From Hormiphora californensis (Eukaryota > Animalia > Ctenophora): 64,000 nt of DNA. Positions within the stretch are counted from its first letter, which is position 1, and every line of letters starts with the position of its first letter. Of the stretch, positions 55,190 through 64,000 are shown piece by piece. Location: assembly GCA_020137815.1 (NCBI GenBank), contig CM035360.1, positions 7,006,001 to 7,070,000 on the forward strand, written 5' to 3'. The translations under genes and the position numbers were made by a program. The notes beneath the pieces are model-generated. The model saw only the letters and a program-made list of their open reading frames with translations. It ran no database searches and had not been told where the DNA came from.

Positions 55190-58100
55190 TCATGAGCCAA
55201 GGTGCAGTATTGGGCCGAGTTTGGCTACTAAAGCGTTCACATCTGGATCTCCTCCACCCTTTTTCTTTTGGCACGTCTCGTATTTGCTGTACTGTGTTGC
55301 AGCATGGGACTTTTCTCCGTGGTTAAACAGCATTATGGCATAGTTGAGGTAGCTGCAAGTGATATAAGTATTAGTAAATAATGGGGGAGATATTATTTGT
55401 TTATCGAATTACGCCTTAGGGCTTATTCACGAAATGTTGGGAATCGGGATTGGGGTATTACGATATTACCATTGGAATAAATTAAAATACTTTAAATGGG
55501 TCATCTTACGTGATAGGGTTGTCCGGTTCAATAGATATGGCCTGATCATAAGCTTGTTTTGCGTTGGTAGGGTCCTCTAGATGGGTCAGTGCAATACCTG
55601 AGGAGTGGTAGTAGATTGGAAGTAATAGCTAGAATACTCGGCACAGTGTCACATTTACACGCATCACCCTCCAATATATAATTGAGTTGATTTCTTAATG
55701 TATTTTATTATTGATTGAATTTGGGAGACTGCACCAAATATGGGCACAGTTTGTAAAGATTACTGATTACGTTGACATGATGGAATTAAAAAATTTCCAT
55801 AGTTACCTAAAATAACAATCTCAATTTTATAAACGTTACAGAAAACTTCCTTTTAATAACAGTGATACTAAAGTCCATTTTTTCAACTGTTCACCCAAAC
55901 TCATGAAATTGTGACATTTGTAATTTGTGACGCAGGCACCACACGTTAGGTGATAGGTGCGCAAAATAAATCCGTGCACTAAATTAGGGGGAACAGTTGG
56001 TTGAAAAATGGAGTACAGAACACAACTAACCTAATAACATGAAGAGGGGAGCAAACTTTGGTCGTAGGTTGATCGCCGCACTAATGAAGTGAAAAGCACT
56101 AGCGTACTGTTGCATTGTCAAATGTGCCAAACCTGGGGCAGAGAAAGAGTTTAAAAACATGGGAGGGAGAGTTCAGAAATAAACATGTTAGAAAGAACTG
56201 AGAAAGGGTGTTTACAAGTTCGAAACATTGTTGGTGATGAAATCCCCTATCGCGGGCTTCGTTTGCCGCGCTTCGCGCGGCCAGTGTTATAGGGGTGGCC
56301 GTGTCACCAAGAAACATTGTTGATATATGTACATTGTACTGTTGAAGTTGACTTCATACTGTACTGTGCCCCACATAAAATGTAAAGGAGGATTAGAACA
56401 TAACAAATCAGATATATATAAATCATGTCTATAGAGGAGTTACCTAGATTATAACAGACCCTCCACTCAAAAGGTGCCAGGTAGTGTGCCCTCTTTAGAC
56501 AACTGATAGCTGCCACATACTTCTTCTTTCCAAAGAAACACATCCCTGGAAATTTGGAGATTATTTCTAAGATGACTGCCACCATCCACAAAAAAACGGT
56601 GGTTTTCCTTCACCGATCATTACCAATTATTCTATACAATGTACAGTGTACACATTGACATTCGGATCTCGAGGCTTCTCGATCGTTGGAAGATTAATAA
56701 ATCCGGTAAATCGGGCTCTGAAACACCAACCTATGTTGTTCCACAGAGCATGTGATTCTGGTGTGATGGATGCTGCAACTCGGTACTTCGTTAGTGCTAC
56801 ATCGAAATCTCCGTGATCTTGAATTATACTTCCTGCCCCCATGATAGCCTTCACATTCGATGTATCATACGTCATAGCGTTACCTGAAGAGATGCTATTT
56901 TAGTTTTTTCATTCTTTGGAGTTCGTTGGAAATTCAGAATTGAACTAGCGGGGATCAAGTTGAGTCGAGAATAGGAATTTTCTTGGGCACGTCGCGCTAT
57001 ACCCTGTATGTGCTGCCAATTTTCAGTCAGTGAATGTGCTGGTTTTTGTATCCAGAAACCTACCGAGATGCTCAAAAGCTTTCTGTGTGTCCCCCATTTG
57101 TAGATAGAGGAGCCCCAGTACTGACAGTAGTTCTGAGTTCTCGGGAAAGTTTTCTACTGCCCGTTTATAAATCGCCAATGCGCCATCTGTATCACCTGTG
57201 AAATGGGGGTAAGAAGGTGAAGGGGCGGGGTTTAATTTAAATGTGAGGGAGGGTAAGGAAGTTTGGAAAGTATGTAACTTAGAATTCCAATCGTGGGGAA
57301 TGACAAAGTTCAACAAATCACCTTTCAATATGTGCATTTTTCCCAGCTGACTGTACGAGTGTTCCGTTTTCTGATTGGCCAGGGCCTTTTTAAAACAATC
57401 CTCCGCCTTTCCGTACTCCCTCAAGTAAACCAGACACACGCCCTGATTGTGCAGCAGTTCCGAGTCCTCAGGTGCTAAGTTGGAGGCCTCCCCGTATATA
57501 TCTAGAGCTGCTTTGTGTCGTCCCAGTAGGTACAGAGATCGACCAACCTAGGGACAGCGTTAGAAATGTTGTCAGGAAACAGCATTAAGAAATACATTTT
57601 GTATAAATACATTTTGTAGAAATACATTTTGTCATAATTGGTTATGCAGTAGTTAGTAGTTAGTTAGTTAGTACTTGTGCAATATGTATGTAGTACATAC
57701 CTGTTTCAGATTTTCTAAGCTGTTTGGATTTAACATTGCTGCTGCTTGGAAGCTCTCCAAGCTCTCCTGAATAAGGGCATCACTCCGCTGGATCATTCCC
57801 TGGACATAGAAAGCATATTCACAGGTCCCATCCGTCCCTTCCAGCTGGTCTTTTATTATCTAGAATGAGAGATGTGTCTTTCGGTTTCTTTCATTGTCAG
57901 ACTGACAGATTCAGTAAAAATCGTTAGATTTGGGAGTTGATCTACATTTGATATTCTTCTAATTTCTAAATATGGTTCTCTACTAAATAAAAACCCCCGT
58001 TTTTACCTGTTTACACCGGTCATAATCCTTGTTAACGAATAACATGTGTATCAGCCAATTGTTCTTTTCTATGATCGGTAACTGGCGAGAGAAGAGATGT

Positions 58101-58294
58101 CAGATACCAGGAATGAATATGAAGAAGTATGCCGTAATATCGTTACTGAATAAATACCAACTCTAACTGCGAACTACTGATAATAACTTCTCTAATCTAC
58201 TCACATCAGGGAGTTTAGTTTTGGGAAGAGGTACCGCAGATTTGGGTGCCTCTGAGGGAGCTTTCACCTCTTCTTCGATATCTTCACCATACAT
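55190..58294 (-). CDS. BBS4: Bardet-Biedl syndrome 4 protein (TPR, BBSome subunit)
   Basis: [40 protein letters not shown]|[99 protein letters not shown]. Confidence 0.95.
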
Positions 58295-58482
58295 GCTCGA
58301 TACTTACTGCAGTTAGAGAGCTGTTAAATATTAACAGAGCATATTAAGGAGTTCAAAAGTCGGGGGAGTGCTGCCCAAAGGCCAAATCAGTCAGGCTGCC
58401 GCAGGCACCATGCGTGGTTTTGACTGAAACCACGTAAATTAGATACTTAAGAACGGTCTAACGGTCTAGATCTTTTCATGGG

Positions 58483-58495
58483 TCGCTAAGCAATG
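58483..58495. promoter_or_regulatory. Degenerate X-box-like site ~190 bp upstream of the BBS4 ATG
   Basis: GTCGCTAAGCAAT (minus ATTGCTTAGCGAC), a 13-bp imperfect match; BBS genes are established RFX targets. Confidence 0.4.
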
Positions 58496-58537
58496 CAGTC
58501 CTGACTCCTGGGTGGATCTCGACGTTCGACCTTGGCA

Positions 58538-59830
58538 TAAAGTCGGATTTTTTGAAACTGTCACCCCCCTGAAATAACAAATTTGTCATATCTCCGGTTC
58601 CTGATAAGATAGAGATTTGAAATTTGGAGGTTCGGAAGAACTTAGCAAGATCTTTATAACCTCCAAATTTCAAGTCTCTATCTTATCAGGAACCGGACTT
58701 ATGGTCATTTAAAGAAATTTGAAAACTCAGGGGGGGTGACAGTTTCAAAAAATCCGACTTTACGTTGCAGGCCCCTTATAATATAATAAAGTCTGATTTT
58801 AAATAACTGTCGTTTTTACCGCACTCGATTTTGCTCTATTATTACAATAACTCCGGTTCCTGATGAGATAAAGACTTGAAACTTGGGGGTTGCGAAGAAC
58901 ATGCTAAGTTCTTCCTAATCTCCAAATTTCAAGTCTCTATCTTATCAGGAACTGGAGATATTGTCATATTAGAGCAAAATCGAGTGCGGTAAAAACGACA
59001 GTTATTTAAAATCGGACTATATAATTGTTGCGGGGGTGCGCGCATGAGGGGGCTGCAGCGCATTCCAAAAACAAAGGTTGGCCTTGGCATACGTTGCAGG
59101 CCCCTTATAATATAATATAAGGGGCCTGGAGGGAATACCGCGCTAGGGGGGAATACATAATCAATCATATCTCCGGTTCCAGATAAGGTACAGAAATCGT
59201 TTTGGTAGCGTTGGAAACAGGAAGATAACAGCTTTCAAATGCAATCGGTTTCAGGTCTCTATCTTATCAGGAACAGGAGATATGAACCAAACTCCGCAAA
59301 ATCGAGTGCGGTAAAATAAAAAATTCGAGATTTTAATTCAAATTTGAAACAAAGTGTCGCTGCAAGAATCTGTGACGTCACTTTTTGAAAACAACCCATC
59401 TTTGAACGGTTATTGCTCAGCCTCCTGAAGTCCAATTTACTTCTCTCAAAAACAGCAAGGTAGATAATTGTCAGATCTAACAGCTAGTGAAAGAATCAAG
59501 TCAAACGGACTTCAGGGGCCAAAGTTATAAGCACCGCCGTTTTTTCGCTCGCAAAGTTATCTTCGACCCAGCCGGGCCCGTCCTGAGCTCAGGCCAAACG
59601 CGCGCGCGGCATTCCCTTCAGTCCCCTCGTTGCGGGGGTGCGCGCATGAGGGGGCTGCAGCGCATTCCAAAGGTTGGCCAATTTTTGAAAATCTCACACT
59701 CAACTGACAACTTTTTCAGGGTTTTCCAAAAACTAGCCGCGCGGCGCGTTACATATGCAGCGCACTTATAAATCGAAATTCTTGAAAAGTTCGTCAGCTT
59801 TTGAAATTTCAGTAAAATTCGCAAAAACTA
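58538..59830. mobile_element. Composite repeat of serial hairpins between divergent BBS4 and CDS genes
   Basis: Palindromes at ~58538-58762, ~58789-59019 and ~59166-59284 share the core ctccggttcctgataagatagaga..aaatttcaagtctctatcttatcaggaac; direct repeat ttgcgggggtgcgcgcatgagggggctgcagcgcattccaaa at 59028 and 59630. Confidence 0.7.
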
Positions 59831-59956
59831 AAAAACACTCGTTTTTCAAAAACGGTTTTTGTACGAGCCTTTCATACGCGTGGAACGCACTTTTTTGACA
59901 TTCCTCGAACAGAATCCGCCCCATTCACACGATCGGAATCGTGTGAGGTAAACTGT

Positions 59957-60826
59957 ATGAGTGACGACGACACCATGCAGTCGGATTCTCCGCAGAACTT
60001 ACGGAATCGCAAGAAAGAAAGGGTAAGTCGAACGGTCATGTAACGTGCACACTTCTTGAAATGTAGAAATGTCGTATCAGTACTCACAACTTCCTTCTAA
60101 GGAGGAAGAGGAGACGCCCAAGCCCCAGACAACAGCTACCACTACAAACTCCAAGTGAGTCAGTGCTACTAAAAAAAACTAAACCATTAATAATTCCATC
60201 ATTTGCTATTGTAAAATGTTTCATGTTTGACCTCAAAATAAAGCAAAACTTGTGGTTAACGAAGCGAACTCACTATGATCTTTACCCTTTTCCAGATGGT
60301 CAAACGCATGGACAAGATTCCTGTTTTCCGTGCCCATGATCGGAGGCTTCATTCTCATTCTATGGCTGGGACCCTTCTACGTAGCCCTTCTTGTTGTGTC
60401 GCTCCAAGTTAAAAGTTTCCATGAGTTAATGGTGATTGGTCATAGCAAATACTCCGCCCTAGACCTCCCGTGGTATCGAGTTTTGAATTGGTGAGAATAA
60501 TGTAGTATGTCTCCCCTCAGTTGCATTCCCAGACACAGTTTTTTAATTCTAATTGGCAATTAAACTTTCCTCTTCTCAATTCCAGGTACTTCCTGGGAGT
60601 GGCCAACTATTTCTTCTTCGGAGAAAGTTTAACATCTACCTTCCGAAATCTTTTCATTGGAGAGGTAACAATGGGAGAGAGTTATATACACTGCAGTGCT
60701 CCTATTGTTTTAAGAGTTTTTAGTAGTGTAACCTGACCTCTTCCTTTATCTCACATTCCTCACAGGAGTATCTCAACAAGTTGGCCAGCTACCATCGTTT
60801 TATATCGTACTGGCTGTATCTGGGAG
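59957..60826 (+). CDS. CDS: Phosphatidate cytidylyltransferase (CDP-diacylglycerol synthase, CDS1/2-like), first five exons; continues beyond the window
   Basis: KWSNAWTRFLFSVPMIGGF..LQVKSFHELMVIGH..DLPWYRVLNW|YFLGVANYFFFGE..|EYLNKLASYHRFISYWLYLG matches the metazoan CDS N-terminal TM region. Confidence 0.9.
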
Positions 60827-61302
60827 GTAAGATTACACTGCTATTTGACACCCAGTATTATAGCACACTATAATAGTACAGGGTGTCTCACTGTAATTGT
60901 GAAGATACTTCCTTTCTAGGGATCTTAGTGGCAGGGGGAAGGGTATTTGTACTACCGTGACTACAGAGTGTAGTATGGCTAACTGATTTGGAACCCCTTT
61001 AGACTAAAGAGAAGCTATATACTGATACTGTGTGAGAACTGAGTGTGTACAATTAATCAGTTTAGAACTGCATAACCCATATTTTGTGACCTCCCCACAT
61101 TTTTCACTCATATATAAGCCATATAACATGACGCCGCTAGAACAAGCCCAATGACATGACAAACAATGTCACGTTATAATAGAAATGAACAAATTTGAAT
61201 ATGAACTTCTTAGTTCTTTTAAATTTGTGCAGGAAAATAAAACTAGTTCCATGATTCATACGGCTCCTCTAGGTTTCGTTACACATAACATCATATACCT
61301 CT

Positions 61303-63650
<2,348 letters not shown>

Positions 63651-64000
63651 GGCGACACAAGTGAGAGCTTCTACCTTGAGTAATGAGCTAGGTATACACA
63701 CACAGACACACATTATATTATACCCACATGGGATATATAGTGTAACGGGTATGTAACTGTGTAACACCTGATTAAAGTAGAGACAGATAGAGAATGAGCA
63801 GTGAGTGGTAACTATTTTGTATTCACTTATCCACATAAACACATGATGATGAATTACTGAAATAGATGCATAGTTCTTTAGGTAGATTTTAAACTTTCAT
63901 CAACTACAACGTAAAACTATTTATTGAGATTTGAGGATGCTTATTGTATTGGGGCAAATGAGCCATTCAAATTAATTCTTCTGTGGTGGCAATGCCACAG

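Overview
Eukaryotic (animal) genomic window with compact, intron-rich genes. A ctenophore origin is my inference from a nested protein domain and is not proven. Left to right: an intact-looking two-ORF CR1/L2-group LINE (minus, truncated by the window edge) lying antisense in an intron; the 3' ~25 kb of a fibrocystin-L/PKHD1L1-like gene; a small MYND zinc-finger gene absent from the ORF track; a PRD-class homeobox gene; a SAXO/FAM154 ciliary microtubule gene; HADHA and HADHB head-to-head with APC13 between them and an antisense secreted sushi-domain gene nested in a HADHB intron; BBS4; and the 5' part of a CDP-diacylglycerol synthase gene. Introns and intergenic DNA hold many palindromic non-autonomous elements: TA-flanked foldbacks, a 109-bp hAT-type MITE with 8-bp TSDs, 56-66-bp micro-elements, and TATA-flanked multi-hairpin cloverleaf elements. 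The most unusual signals are (i) minisatellites built from amplified splice sites, up to ~25 complete 3' splice sites in tandem, (ii) an AUG-less LINE ORF2 with a correctly phased A AAA AAC -1 frameshift heptamer, (iii) the unclassified cloverleaf elements, and (iv) RFX X-box minisatellites, one of them inside coding sequence. All calls were made by eye; no searches were run.
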